Shown here piece after piece: positions 1 to 8,641 of a stretch of DNA of 64,000 nucleotides. Source of the DNA: a virus (lineage: Duplodnaviria > Caudoviricetes); IMG/VR virus record IMGVR_UViG_3300044836_000034, positions 1,330 to 65,329 of that record. One strand, given 5' to 3'. The first letter of the stretch is position 1; each line of letters opens with the position of its first letter. Both the position numbers and the translations under genes were made by a program. The notes beneath the pieces were generated by a model. It was not told the origin of the DNA. It did no database searches and saw only the letters and a program-made list of their open reading frames with translations.

Positions 1-1
1 C

Positions 2-1570
2 GCGCTCGCGGTGCCGCAGGCGCACGCCTCACTCCCGCGCATTGACCTCGTATACGCGTCGCTCGCGGCCGATCAGGACGCGGTGAACGCCGACCTGCCG
101 CACAGGCGGCTACGCACGACGATAGAGCTGGCAGACCCGAACTCGACGCCGTACCCCATCACGAACTTCAACATCGCCACGCAGCGGCAGAACGCGGCCG
201 TCGTCGCCGTGCGGCAGGGCATCGCCAACGCGAACCCGGTAGCGCCCGCTGTCGGGGCGAACGAAGTGGCGCTCTTCCAAATTCGCGTCGACGCCGGCGT
301 GACCTCGCTCGCGTCGAACAAGGTCACGGACGTGCGGCCGCTGATGAAGTCGCTGCCCGACGCCTTCAGCCGCATCGTGGCGCTGGAGGCCAGCCCCGCG
401 ATAGCTGCTCTCGACGAGAAGGTGCAGGACATCGTCGGCGCGTTCATAGGGGCGACGCCCAATACAGGTATCGGCGTCTCGTATGACGACAACGGGAATG
501 CGGAGGCCGTCTTCGGCGTCGCGGCGAGCGGTAGCGCACAAGGCATGATGAGCGCGGCGAATTTCACTAAGCTCGGCAACCTCCCGGCCTTCAATCTCGG
601 CGACTTCGACGCGCGTTACGTCAACGCGGCCGGCGACTCTATGAACGGTGTGCTGACCGTAACCTCCGGCGGGACGGATGCCTTCCAATCCTTCAACTCC
701 ATGCTGCGCGTCGTTTCCGCGAACAACCTTCAGGGGGTGCCGAGCGCCGCGATAAGCGCGTACCAGCAGACCGGCCTCTTCGACGGCGACGTTGCATACG
801 GCATAGCCCTCCACGCGAGTGCGAACAGGGCGCTTGCCAAGTCGGGCACGACCTCATACGGCATCTACGCCGAGACGGGCTCCGGCGCGACACGATGGGC
901 GGGATACTTCAACGGCAACGTGAACGTCATCGGCTCGTTCACTGCGTCGAGCAAGAATTTCAGATACGACCATCCACTCGACCCACTCAACAAGGACTTG
1001 GTACACGGCAACGTCGAGATGAATGGGCACGGCCTGCTCTACCCCGTCCAGTTGACGCTGGTTGATGGCGTGGCCTCTGTGTCGCTCGACGAGGCGCTCA
1101 ACATGATGCAGGGGACTCTGAAGCGTACCGCGCAGCGCCTCATGGTCGTGAGCGTATATAGCGAAGGCGCGGCGCGCGTGGCTGCTGTAATCGAGTCTCC
1201 GTTGCCGTTGGAAGGTCAGGAGCCGACGTTCTTACTGTCCCTCACCAGCGACGACGAGACGGACGCGTCTACGGTCAACGTGCTGATAGTCGGCCATCGC
1301 GCCGACGACTACATTAAGTCCTCGCCCTACGTGGACGGCGACGGCATCTTGATCGTCGAGCATAACAAGCCCGCACTGACAGCGGAAGACTTGATGCTGC
1401 TCACGCCGTTGACAGAGGAAGTGCCGACGGGCAACCCGCTCATCGGACAGACGCTGACCGTGATACAGCCGTCGCTCATCGGTAAGGTGGGCTACGCGTA
1501 CCACCCGGACATGATAACGGGCGGCGTCCTGCCTGTGCGCGAGATTACGTACATCGAGCACTTGGATTAA
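2..1570 (+). CDS. Tail fibre / receptor-binding protein, C-terminal part (5' end lies upstream of the window)
   Basis: Frame open from base 2. G/A/S/N-rich beta-type repeats and a KNFRYDHPLDPLNKDLVH motif typical of chaperone-like C-terminal domains of fibres. Continues the tail module that runs off the window end. Confidence 0.7.
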   Translation, partial: ALAVPQAHASLPRIDLVYASLAADQDAVNADLPHRRLRTTIELADPNSTPYPITNFNIATQRQNAAVVAVRQGIANANPVAPAVGANEVALFQIRVDAGVTSLASNKVTDVRPLMKSLPDAFSRIVALEASPAIAALDEKVQDIVGAFIGATPNTGIGVSYDDNGNAEAVFGVAASGSAQGMMSAANFTKLGNLPAFNLGDFDARYVNAAGDSMNGVLTVTSGGTDAFQSFNSMLRVVSANNLQGVPSAAISAYQQTGLFDGDVAYGIALHASANRALAKSGTTSYGIYAETGSGATRWAGYFNGNVNVIGSFTASSKNFRYDHPLDPLNKDLVHGNVEMNGHGLLYPVQLTLVDGVASVSLDEALNMMQGTLKRTAQRLMVVSVYSEGAARVAAVIESPLPLEGQEPTFLLSLTSDDETDASTVNVLIVGHRADDYIKSSPYVDGDGILIVEHNKPALTAEDLMLLTPLTEEVPTGNPLIGQTLTVIQPSLIGKVGYAYHPDMITGGVLPVREITYIEHLD

Positions 1571-1590
1571 AGAGCGGCGGCATGAGAAGT

Positions 1591-1637
1591 GAGAGAGGGC
1601 GTCGGCGAATCTCAGCGCCGACGCCCTCTCTCTTTCT
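1591..1637 (+). terminator. Intrinsic terminator after the tail fibre gene
   Basis: 17-bp stem GAGAGAGGGCGTCGGCG / CGCCGACGCCCTCTCTC, 8-nt loop, then TTTCT. Confidence 0.75.
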
Positions 1638-1703
1638 ACATGCCGCGCGTCGTGATAGTATGCGCTTCGCTCGATAGCTACGACCCTCCCGAGGAGTTAT
1701 GCG

Positions 1704-2528
1704 ATGCGCCACATCCCTCGTCTGCTACTCACACTTTTAATCATTCTTTCGAGCTGCCGCGAGGATCATAACCAAACCTTATTACAGGCGGCGGCGGACG
1801 GTGACAGAGAGAACGTGCAACGGCTGTTAGAGAGCGGTGCAGACGTGAATTACAGGCAGGGATGCCGCACGCCTCTAATCAACGCCACCGTTGGCAATCA
1901 TCCGGCCGCCGTCGCGGTGCTAATGAAAGCAGGCGCGGACGCAAACGCGTACGACTGCGACGGCCTCACGCCTGAAATGTTCGCCGCGAGGCATGGTTAT
2001 TCAGAGGTTCAAGCACTCATCGTCAGGAAAGGTGAGCCGCTCTGGAAACCGACGCCGCCCGCATACACTCAGCTCACGCCGACGAACAAGTCTGCCGAGC
2101 TAACTCAACAGTTGTTCTCTCTCATCGGGAACATTGTCCCGACCGACGCCGGCGTTGAAGAGGATCCTAATAACGTCGCCGCGGCGCAGCGTCTGATCGA
2201 GCAGGGAGCCGACGTCAACGCTAGCGACATCGGCCAGACAGTGTTACATCGGGCTGCGCAGAACGGTCACATTAAAGTGATGAAGTTGCTGCTCGAACAC
2301 GGTGCGGACGTAAACGCCCGCGACGACCGCGGCCAGACACCGCTAATAATCGCGGCCGGAGCCAGCGACCCAGCCATGGTGCGCTTGCTACTGTCATACC
2401 ACGCCGATGTGAACGTGAAAGATAACGAGGGCTTTTCTGCGTGGACAGGGTCAGAGATGATCAACGGGCCCGGAGACGCGAATTACCGTGAGATGCGTCG
2501 CCTCTTAAAAAAGGCAGGGGCAAAGTAA
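1704..2528 (+). CDS. Ankyrin-repeat lipoprotein (moron)
   Basis: Signal peptide with lipobox LSSC; several ANK repeats (GADVN...[21 protein letters not shown]). Confidence 0.85.
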   Translation: MRHIPRLLLTLLIILSSCREDHNQTLLQAAADGDRENVQRLLESGADVNYRQGCRTPLINATVGNHPAAVAVLMKAGADANAYDCDGLTPEMFAARHGYSEVQALIVRKGEPLWKPTPPAYTQLTPTNKSAELTQQLFSLIGNIVPTDAGVEEDPNNVAAAQRLIEQGADVNASDIGQTVLHRAAQNGHIKVMKLLLEHGADVNARDDRGQTPLIIAAGASDPAMVRLLLSYHADVNVKDNEGFSAWTGSEMINGPGDANYREMRRLLKKAGAK

Positions 2529-2548
2529 TAGGCAGGCGACGCCGCGCG

Positions 2549-2812
2549 TTACTTGACCGCTCGGAGGGACTTGCGCCCTGGGCTGCGGTCGCGGGCCTTC
2601 TCGCGCGCGAGGTCGTCCACATGGATTACCTGCACGCCGAAGAACTCGCGCGTTGGGAGTCGAGGGCCTGACGCGCCCGAGTCAACCTGCTTCGTGAGCT
2701 TCACGACACGCGAGCGGTCTACTTGCAGCTCCTCCGCGGCCTGCGTGAGCGTCCGCCAATCGGCGGGGCATATCCACTCTTTCTCTTTCTTCTTAGCCAC
2801 GGTCAGCATCAT
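2549..2812 (-). CDS. Small HTH DNA-binding protein (excisionase-like)
   Basis: TLTQAAEELQVDRSRVVKL helix-turn-helix pattern. Confidence 0.6.
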   Translation of the reverse strand: MMLTVAKKKEKEWICPADWRTLTQAAEELQVDRSRVVKLTKQVDSGASGPRLPTREFFGVQVIHVDDLAREKARDRSPGRKSLRAVK

Positions 2813-2855
2813 AGACTCCTTTCATGTAGGAAGGGAACGGCTACGCGAGGTCGCG

Positions 2856-3143
2856 TCACGCCGGTTGATCAACCTCGTCGTGCGCGCCATTGATTATCTC
2901 AAGCACCTCGACCAGCACCTGCTCTTCGGCTTCGCCGGGGGTCTCAAGCGGCGCGATGCCCCAGTACAGTTCTTCGAGCGTGTGACGTATGGCGATGACG
3001 AGCAGCGTCTCGCAGAGGAACTTGTCGGACAGGCGCTCGGCCTCGCGTGCGAGTGTCTGGAGCATCATGCGGCGAGCCTCGACGATGTTCGGGCTCAGGT
3101 CGGCCGGGTGATCCTCGATGACGAAACTCTTTCTCCCACTCAT
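2856..3143 (-). CDS. Hypothetical protein
   Basis: 95-aa ORF with GGAG RBS, collinear with the leftward arm. Confidence 0.55.
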   Translation of the reverse strand: MSGRKSFVIEDHPADLSPNIVEARRMMLQTLAREAERLSDKFLCETLLVIAIRHTLEELYWGIAPLETPGEAEEQVLVEVLEIINGAHDEVDQPA

Positions 3144-3179
3144 TCGATTAACTCTCCTTCTCTTTATCTCGGCCGCGGC

Positions 3180-3209
3180 CGAAGAGGGCGGCCTAGGCCG
3201 CCCTCTTCG
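3180..3209. repeat. Perfect 30-bp palindrome over the stop codon of 3193..3405
   Basis: CGAAGAGGGCGGCCTAGGCCGCCCTCTTCG equals its own reverse complement. Confidence 0.9.
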
Positions 3210-3405
3210 CGTTCTTGAGGAAGTTGACGACCATGTGACGGCCGTCCGACATGATGGCGTCCGGGTACCTCTCGACGATGGACTCGACGGCGGCCCAGAA
3301 GCCTTTGCTGCACTCTTCGCTTGTGAACTTGTGGCGGCGGGGATCGTGGCCCTTGGCGAAGGGGCGACCGTAGACTCGACGTTCTTCTGACTTCTTCTCT
3401 GACAT
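3193..3405 (-). CDS. Hypothetical protein with GRPFxKG motif (DUF5681-like)
   Basis: GRPFAKGHDPRR motif; AGGAG RBS. Confidence 0.55.
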   Translation of the reverse strand: MSEKKSEERRVYGRPFAKGHDPRRHKFTSEECSKGFWAAVESIVERYPDAIMSDGRHMVVNFLKNAKRAA

Positions 3406-3454
3406 TGGTTTCGTCTCCTGTCCTGTGCTGTTGGGTGAGAGGTCGTGGCCGCGC

Positions 3455-3670
3455 TTAGGCGGCCACGTCGGCGAGCTGCATCATGTGCTCAAGGCTCTTG
3501 AGCGTAACGGCGACCTTACCGCGGGCTTCGCGGATGGCTTCGAGCTTGGGGCTGCTCGGGCCTTCGTCGTTGATGACGCGGGAGGTCTCGTTTAATAGCG
3601 CCTTCTGTATGGCGCGCAGCTCCTGGACGGAGAAGAGTGTTGCGGCGTTGGCGTATGCTGCTGCGGTCAT
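3455..3670 (-). CDS. Hypothetical protein (start revised to ATG 3670)
   Basis: GAGAGGA RBS 8 nt before ATG 3670. Confidence 0.6.
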   Translation of the reverse strand: MTAAAYANAATLFSVQELRAIQKALLNETSRVINDEGPSSPKLEAIREARGKVAVTLKSLEHMMQLADVAA

Positions 3671-3678
3671 GGCTGAAA

Positions 3679-3716
3679 TCCTCTCTCGGGTTGATGACTG
3701 CGCCGGTGGTGCGGCG
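3679..3716 (-). promoter_or_regulatory. Leader element copy A: CACCAC-loop hairpin plus ACCCGAGAGAGGA initiation motif
   Basis: 5-bp stem 3701-3716 with loop 3706-3711; motif 3679-3691. Confidence 0.6.
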
Positions 3717-3743
3717 TGTTGAATCAATTCCTTCAACGTGCTT

Positions 3744-3775
3744 ACCGTCCTATATGTTGGACAGTTTGCCAACAG
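3744..3775 (-). promoter_or_regulatory. Conserved promoter/operator motif, copy 1
   Basis: TACCGTCCTA-N7-GACAGTTTGCCAACAG, near-identical to 6226-6257. Confidence 0.55.
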
Positions 3776-3813
3776 CTAATTCCTCGATTTCGGTAACCCA
3801 TTTCGTACCCTGT

Positions 3814-3850
3814 AAAAGCGACGGGCCGCGCTCCTGAGCGCGGCCCGTCG
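3814..3850 (-). terminator. Intrinsic terminator after the MTase gene
   Basis: About 14-bp GC stem followed by TTTT on the minus strand. Confidence 0.75.
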
Positions 3851-3880
3851 GTCGGGTCAGTCTTGTATGTTACACACGCC

Positions 3881-6160
3881 TTAGAGGGCTATTGCGAGCG
3901 GCTGCTGGCCTTCAGGCGCGACGGAGGCGAGCGCGGCTGCGGAGGCCGCGTCTTCGAGCGGGCGGTCTATGACGACGACGCGAGCGGCCCAGCTCGTCGG
4001 GCGGTCGGAGTTAAGGAACGCGCCTTCAGGAAGCTCGAAGCTCTGGCCGTCGAGCGAGTCGAGCCACGCGCGGAACTCCTGCGCCTTGCCGTCGCCGCGG
4101 TAGAACACGCCCTCGCTCATCAGCGACACGAGGCGGCCGCCGGGCTTGAGCATCGAGAAGGCGTGCATGACGTGATCAATGTCGGTGCCGACGCCGTCGC
4201 AGCCAAACGGCACGTTGGCGATAACGCGGTCGTAGACGCCGGAGTCACGAACGCCGAGAAAGTCTGCTTGCCGGAGGTCTTCGGCCCAACCTTGGGCGCG
4301 CAGGGCTTCACAGAGCATCCCCGACAGTTCGACGAGGCTGAATCGCGTCGACGGATACAGCTCGCGGATTACGTTGCAGATGTGACCGCTGCCGGCGCTC
4401 GGCTCCAAGACGAACATGCCGTCCTCAAGGTCTGCGTACTCAAGCATCAGCTCGACCACGTCTCGTGGCGTCGGGAAGTAATCCGGAGGGAACTCTCCCG
4501 GATAGAGGTCGCGCATGACCTTCTCGGCGCGGCTCATGCCTTCGCGCTCAACCCTGCGGCCCATGTGCTCGCGCAGCGCCGCGCGCAACTCGGGCAGCGT
4601 GTCGAGGTTGTTCAGCCTCATCCTCTTGAAGTCGCCGAGCGCCTCTCGAACGCGGTCGAGCGCCCAACCCTTCACGCGGTGGATCCTCGCGCGGCGGTAG
4701 AAGTGACGCAGCGTGTCGGCGTGCGAGCCGTAGAACACGACCTCGCCGCCGCGCGCCTCGTCGCACATCTTGAGGACGCGGCGGCTGATGAGCTTCGAGC
4801 CGTCGCGCTCGTATATCTGCTTTGCTATCTCGCGCAGCGTGTGAACCGGGACGCACGGCCACGGGTACTCGACGTGCGGGACGCGTCCGTTCGCGGCCGA
4901 GAGGATTCGGTCGAGGGCTTCGGCGTGCGTGCGCCAGCGTATGCGGTCAAGGTGCCGCGCGGTGCGAGCCAGCAGAGCCTCGGCGTGCGCGCGCAGCGTC
5001 CCGGCCATCGCGAGGTCTTCGTGCGCGCCGTCGCGCGCCCGCTCCGCGAGCATGATGCGGCGCTCCGTGTTTTCGAGACGCGGGCGGTGCAGCACGTCGG
5101 AGGCGCGATCCTCCATGCGGCCCGCTAGGGCTTGGAAGTGAACGACGGCGTTCGAGCGGACGCGCTCGCGTCGGCCGATGAGCCTTTCGAGACGGGTCAG
5201 GTCGAACACGTCGCGGCTCTGCAACTGGACGAACTTCTCGGCCTGCTTCTCGTCGAAGAACTGGAAGCCGCCGGGCCTGTCCATCCACGCGCGCGAGTAG
5301 TTGCCGCCGAGCTTGCGCGCGGCCTCGCACAGCTCTATGAACGTTTCCTCGTCCTCGCGCTCGGCCAGCACGACGAGCCAGATGTCGCACTCGTGCTTCG
5401 TGTGGTAAGAGGGGACTATCTCCATATAGTTGCCCTCGCCGATGTCAATGCGCTTGACGGTGGCTTTGGCTACCATCTCACGGCCGCGACGCTCGCGCTG
5501 CTGGTCGGCGCGCAGCTCGTCGTAGCGGGCAAGCTCTTCGTCGGTAAGCTCGCGCTCGCCCGCGCGGCGTATCAGCGCCTCGATGGCGGATGAGTGGCCC
5601 TTGCCCTTGGGGAGAGGCGTGCGGTCGCGTTTGAGGGCGGCGATGCCGCGATGCCGGACGGCCGTCTCGAAGTCTTCGAGCGTGACGGGATTCGTGACCG
5701 CGCGCTGTCGCTCGGCCTCCTCGTCGGCGCGGCGCGCGCGCGCCTCGGCCACGCCGCGCCTGTACTCGTCGAGGTCATCGTCGGTCAGTGCCTCGACGAC
5801 CTTAGCGTTCTTCTCAAGCCTGTAGGCGGCATCCTGAAAGTAGCGCATCCCGACGCCGCCAGCGCGGACTCGGCCGAGAGCAAAGTCTTCGACTATGTCG
5901 TCGAGGACGCGCTGCACCAGCTCGGCCTTCTTCTCGTCGCGCGAGGACATTCCGGCCATGCGCGAGAGCTGAGCCACTTTCAGTTTTGATAATTCGACGG
6001 TGAGCTGTTCGCGGGAAGCGACAACGCGGCGGAACATTACCAAGTGCGCGGCGGCCGTCGTGTCGGGCTGGTGAACGGTCTCGTTGAAATAGGTTCGCAC
6101 GTCCTCGAATGTGACGGGCGGTGTAGCCACGGCTGCGGCTGCTGTTGAATCCTGCTCCAT
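3881..6160 (-). CDS. Large N6-adenine-type DNA methyltransferase with long N-terminal region (ICE/plasmid type)
   Basis: C-terminal DYFPTP, VLEPSAGSG (motif I) and ANVPF (NPPF-like motif IV). Confidence 0.8.
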   Translation of the reverse strand: MEQDSTAAAAVATPPVTFEDVRTYFNETVHQPDTTAAAHLVMFRRVVASREQLTVELSKLKVAQLSRMAGMSSRDEKKAELVQRVLDDIVEDFALGRVRAGGVGMRYFQDAAYRLEKNAKVVEALTDDDLDEYRRGVAEARARRADEEAERQRAVTNPVTLEDFETAVRHRGIAALKRDRTPLPKGKGHSSAIEALIRRAGERELTDEELARYDELRADQQRERRGREMVAKATVKRIDIGEGNYMEIVPSYHTKHECDIWLVVLAEREDEETFIELCEAARKLGGNYSRAWMDRPGGFQFFDEKQAEKFVQLQSRDVFDLTRLERLIGRRERVRSNAVVHFQALAGRMEDRASDVLHRPRLENTERRIMLAERARDGAHEDLAMAGTLRAHAEALLARTARHLDRIRWRTHAEALDRILSAANGRVPHVEYPWPCVPVHTLREIAKQIYERDGSKLISRRVLKMCDEARGGEVVFYGSHADTLRHFYRRARIHRVKGWALDRVREALGDFKRMRLNNLDTLPELRAALREHMGRRVEREGMSRAEKVMRDLYPGEFPPDYFPTPRDVVELMLEYADLEDGMFVLEPSAGSGHICNVIRELYPSTRFSLVELSGMLCEALRAQGWAEDLRQADFLGVRDSGVYDRVIANVPFGCDGVGTDIDHVMHAFSMLKPGGRLVSLMSEGVFYRGDGKAQEFRAWLDSLDGQSFELPEGAFLNSDRPTSWAARVVVIDRPLEDAASAAALASVAPEGQQPLAIAL

Positions 6161-6164
6161 AAGA

Positions 6165-6225
6165 TCCTCTCTCGGGTTTATGACTGGAAAAGCCTGCTAG
6201 TCGGTGGTGCGACTAGCAGGCTTTT
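6165..6225 (-). promoter_or_regulatory. Leader element copy B: terminator-shaped CACCAC-loop hairpin plus ACCCGAGAGAGGA
   Basis: 16-bp stem 6188-6225 with loop 6204-6209, ending in UUUU on the minus strand; motif 6165-6177, ATG 6160. Confidence 0.7.
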
Positions 6226-6257
6226 ACCGTCCTACCTTTGAGACGGTTTGGCAACAG
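6226..6257 (-). promoter_or_regulatory. Conserved promoter/operator motif, copy 2
   Basis: TACCGTCCTA-N7-GACGGTTTGGCAACAG; contains inverted repeat ACCGTC-N10-GACGGT. Confidence 0.55.
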
Positions 6258-6263
6258 TGAATG

Positions 6264-6833
6264 CTAACGCCTTCGGTGGTTGACGTTCGGGCAGAGGCCC
6301 ATCTGCAGCGGACGCCCGCAGATAGAGCAACGGTCGGGTAACATGAGGAAATCTCTCACATCGCGTTTTCTCTCTTCAGCTAACCGCTCCTCAAAGAGTT
6401 GCGTCTCAAAGGTGTCAGGGTCGATGCCTGAGGCCGCACATAGTTTTTTACTAACGAGTTTCTTGACCTCACGGCGCAACTCTTTATCCAGTATGGTTAC
6501 GACAGCCGGCAAGGCACGCAGGTGCTCGACCGTAGCAACCTTCGTGAAGGAGAAGTCATGCCCGTTGAAGCTGGCGACCATCTTAATGACCACGCGCCTG
6601 CTGACGACGAAGATGTCTCCGCGGTAAACATCCTCTTCGCCGATGTCCCCGCGCTCGAAGGCCGTCCGTGAGCCCTGTATCTTCTTTGTCTCTGCCTCGT
6701 AGGCTCGCTCCCACTCGTCAATAAGACCTTCGGCAGTATCAGGCCCTACCCACGTCGCACTATCGGCGACGGCCGTCGCACTATCGGCGACGGCCGTCGC
6801 CTCACGCTCGATCTCTTCCAGCCTTGATGCCAT
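6264..6833 (-). CDS. Hypothetical protein with C-terminal CxxC Zn ribbon
   Basis: 189 aa, CSICGRPLQMGLCP; contains the duplicated peptide ATAVADS. Confidence 0.6.
   Translation of the reverse strand: MASRLEEIEREATAVADSATAVADSATWVGPDTAEGLIDEWERAYEAETKKIQGSRTAFERGDIGEEDVYRGDIFVVSRRVVIKMVASFNGHDFSFTKVATVEHLRALPAVVTILDKELRREVKKLVSKKLCAASGIDPDTFETQLFEERLAEERKRDVRDFLMLPDRCSICGRPLQMGLCPNVNHRRR
6754..6800. repeat. In-frame 21-bp tandem duplication
   Basis: GTCGCACTATCGGCGACGGCC x2 plus a partial copy. Confidence 0.9.
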
Positions 6834-6837
6834 GAGT

Positions 6838-7110
6838 TTATTCCTTCGCGTTGAATAACGATGAAGTAACAGGAGAGGATTTTACCGCCTGCTTAGGCGG
6901 TAGGGAAGAGAACCGCTCGGCCGTCGTGCGCCACACCTTGGCGCAGATCCTTAGCTGAACCATTGTCATCGCAGCCCAAGTCTTACGGTGGCGCTCCTGG
7001 ACGGAGAAGCCTACTCGGCCGAGGACGGCGGCGGCGTCGCGCTCAACCTCAGTTCTCAGTTGCAGGCGCTCGCCGTCGGTCGAGGGAAGTGTATACACGC
7101 GAGATTTCAT
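6838..7110 (-). CDS. Hypothetical protein
   Basis: ATG 7110 overlaps the upstream stop (ATGA). Confidence 0.5.
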   Translation of the reverse strand: MKSRVYTLPSTDGERLQLRTEVERDAAAVLGRVGFSVQERHRKTWAAMTMVQLRICAKVWRTTAERFSSLPPKQAVKSSPVTSSLFNAKE

Positions 7111-7505
7111 TGAGTGGTCTCTATCAGCTCCATAAGCTCTTCGACGAAGGCCTCCGGGACCTGAACGCACGTGCGCGGCTGCTTGGGCCATCCCCATTCT
7201 GGAATCGCCGCGAGTATAGTCTCCCGATGCACGTACGCATCGAGCAGCCGAATCTCGTTAATGTCGGCGCAGTAACTGCCGCTGAACTCGTGGCCGGGCT
7301 CGTCTATCAGCTCGGGCGTCGAGGCGATGCGCGCCACGGCGATGAGGGCCGAGATCGGGGCCTTGCAGTAGAGCAGGAGGCGGTCGCCCTTGCGCGGGTT
7401 GCTGTTCCTGCCGAGCGTCCAGTTCGACTCGCCCTCGCCCGCGTCCTCTTCCAAGCTGGCGAGATAATCTTCGCTCGTGACTGTGATAAAGGTTCTTCGT
7501 TGCAC
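7107..7505 (-). CDS. EVE-domain (PUA-like) protein
   Basis: NWTLG...KGDRLLLY...ALIAVARI pattern of EVE domains. Confidence 0.65.
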   Translation of the reverse strand: MQRRTFITVTSEDYLASLEEDAGEGESNWTLGRNSNPRKGDRLLLYCKAPISALIAVARIASTPELIDEPGHEFSGSYCADINEIRLLDAYVHRETILAAIPEWGWPKQPRTCVQVPEAFVEELMELIETTQ

Positions 7506-7512
7506 GCTGCTC

Positions 7513-8196
7513 TCATCCTCCCGCGGCCGAGCGCTTATAGCTCGCGCGGACGGCTTCGAGTACTCCCGGCCGAGATTCCAGCCTCCATAGCTTCTGGCCG
7601 CCCTTGCACTTCACAGGCTCGACGAGCTTCACGAAGTCCGTTAGCACCCAACCGTACGGCCCGAAAAACCACGGGCGCTGCCCCGGCTTCAGATACTTGT
7701 CGTCGGCCCTCTCGACGTGCCCCTCGACGCGGCAGACGGCGAAGATTTCCGAGTGCGGCATCTCCGACCTGTCGGGTACGTAGAGTCCTGTCCTGTCGGC
7801 TATCCACTCGCGGTCATCCTCCGAATACCCTTGCGCGGCGTGGAGCGCGAGGTAGCACTCGACCATGAACAGGGACGGCGGCCAAGAGCGGTTCTCTATG
7901 CGTTTCGGGGCGACGCGCGAAGTCAGCGGCGAAACAGTGAAGGCGAAGGGCCACGGCCGCGTGAGACTCAATACTCTAATGATCATCTTCGGTTTACACT
8001 TCTCGCACCTGGTGCGCCTCGGTAACTTAGGCAGCCTGCACCCGTCGCGTATGACCGGCGCCGTCTCGTGGCCGCAGCTCAGTCGGTGGACGACGGTGCG
8101 CAGCGAGACGCTGAAGTCGCCGTCCTCAATCTTGTGCGGCGGGCCGGCGACGGTCTCTACTATCTCGCGTAGCGGCCCCTTACTCCCCACAGTCAT
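7513..8196 (-). CDS. ASCH-domain protein with N-terminal Zn-binding extension
   Basis: LSLTRPW...KRIENRSW...LALHAA signature; WFFGPYGWVL. Confidence 0.8.
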   Translation of the reverse strand: MTVGSKGPLREIVETVAGPPHKIEDGDFSVSLRTVVHRLSCGHETAPVIRDGCRLPKLPRRTRCEKCKPKMIIRVLSLTRPWPFAFTVSPLTSRVAPKRIENRSWPPSLFMVECYLALHAAQGYSEDDREWIADRTGLYVPDRSEMPHSEIFAVCRVEGHVERADDKYLKPGQRPWFFGPYGWVLTDFVKLVEPVKCKGGQKLWRLESRPGVLEAVRASYKRSAAGG

Positions 8197-8212
8197 CTGC
8201 TAACCCCTAGAG

Positions 8213-8641
8213 TCAAGCGGCGTATGGCAAACTTAATTGTCTCGGCCGAGACTTCAACTCCGCACGCGCCTTGGTAAGGTTCTCCTGACCCTTTCGCCGG
8301 CACTCGTTGCGCCACATGATGAGCCCGAGCGCCAGTTGAATCTTCGAGCCCGACTTCCATATTTTCGCCATCGAGGCCATGCCCTTCAGTTCTTTCTTGA
8401 AGTAAGCCTCCGCGAGACGTTCGGCCACCTCTCGCACGTCCGGCCCGTCGAAGTCGGCCAGTAGCTGCCGCAGGCTCCCGAGAGAGAGCAGCCGGTCTAC
8501 ACACTCGGCCTTCGTGCCGCTGACCGGGATACCTAACAACTCCGCGAGGGCGCGCAGCTCCGCGGCGCTGAGACTCTTCAAATCGTCGCGCTTCCACTCG
8601 CCGGGCGGCGTGCTCATAAGGCGGCGGAAGGTTTCTCTCAT
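8213..8641 (-). CDS. SAP-motif DNA-binding protein
   Basis: LKSLSAAELRALAELLGIPVSGTKAECVDRLL matches the SAP consensus. Confidence 0.65.
   Translation of the reverse strand: MRETFRRLMSTPPGEWKRDDLKSLSAAELRALAELLGIPVSGTKAECVDRLLSLGSLRQLLADFDGPDVREVAERLAEAYFKKELKGMASMAKIWKSGSKIQLALGLIMWRNECRRKGQENLTKARAELKSRPRQLSLPYAA

Noticed and set aside
1-1570. Diversity-generating retroelement or invertible fibre cassette
   Set aside because: No reverse transcriptase, template/variable repeat pair or invertase seen.
3863-5128. Long opposite-strand and alternative-frame ORFs (for example 3863..5128 +, 41434..42681 -, 47212..48129 -, 36692..37615 -)
   Set aside because: Shadow ORFs of GC-rich genes that have clear family motifs on the other strand; no RBS or motifs of their own.
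6754-6800. 21-bp tandem repeat as a CRISPR or regulatory array
   Set aside because: Only two adjacent copies, no spacers, in frame within a CDS; a simple slippage duplication. No CRISPR array or cas gene is seen anywhere.
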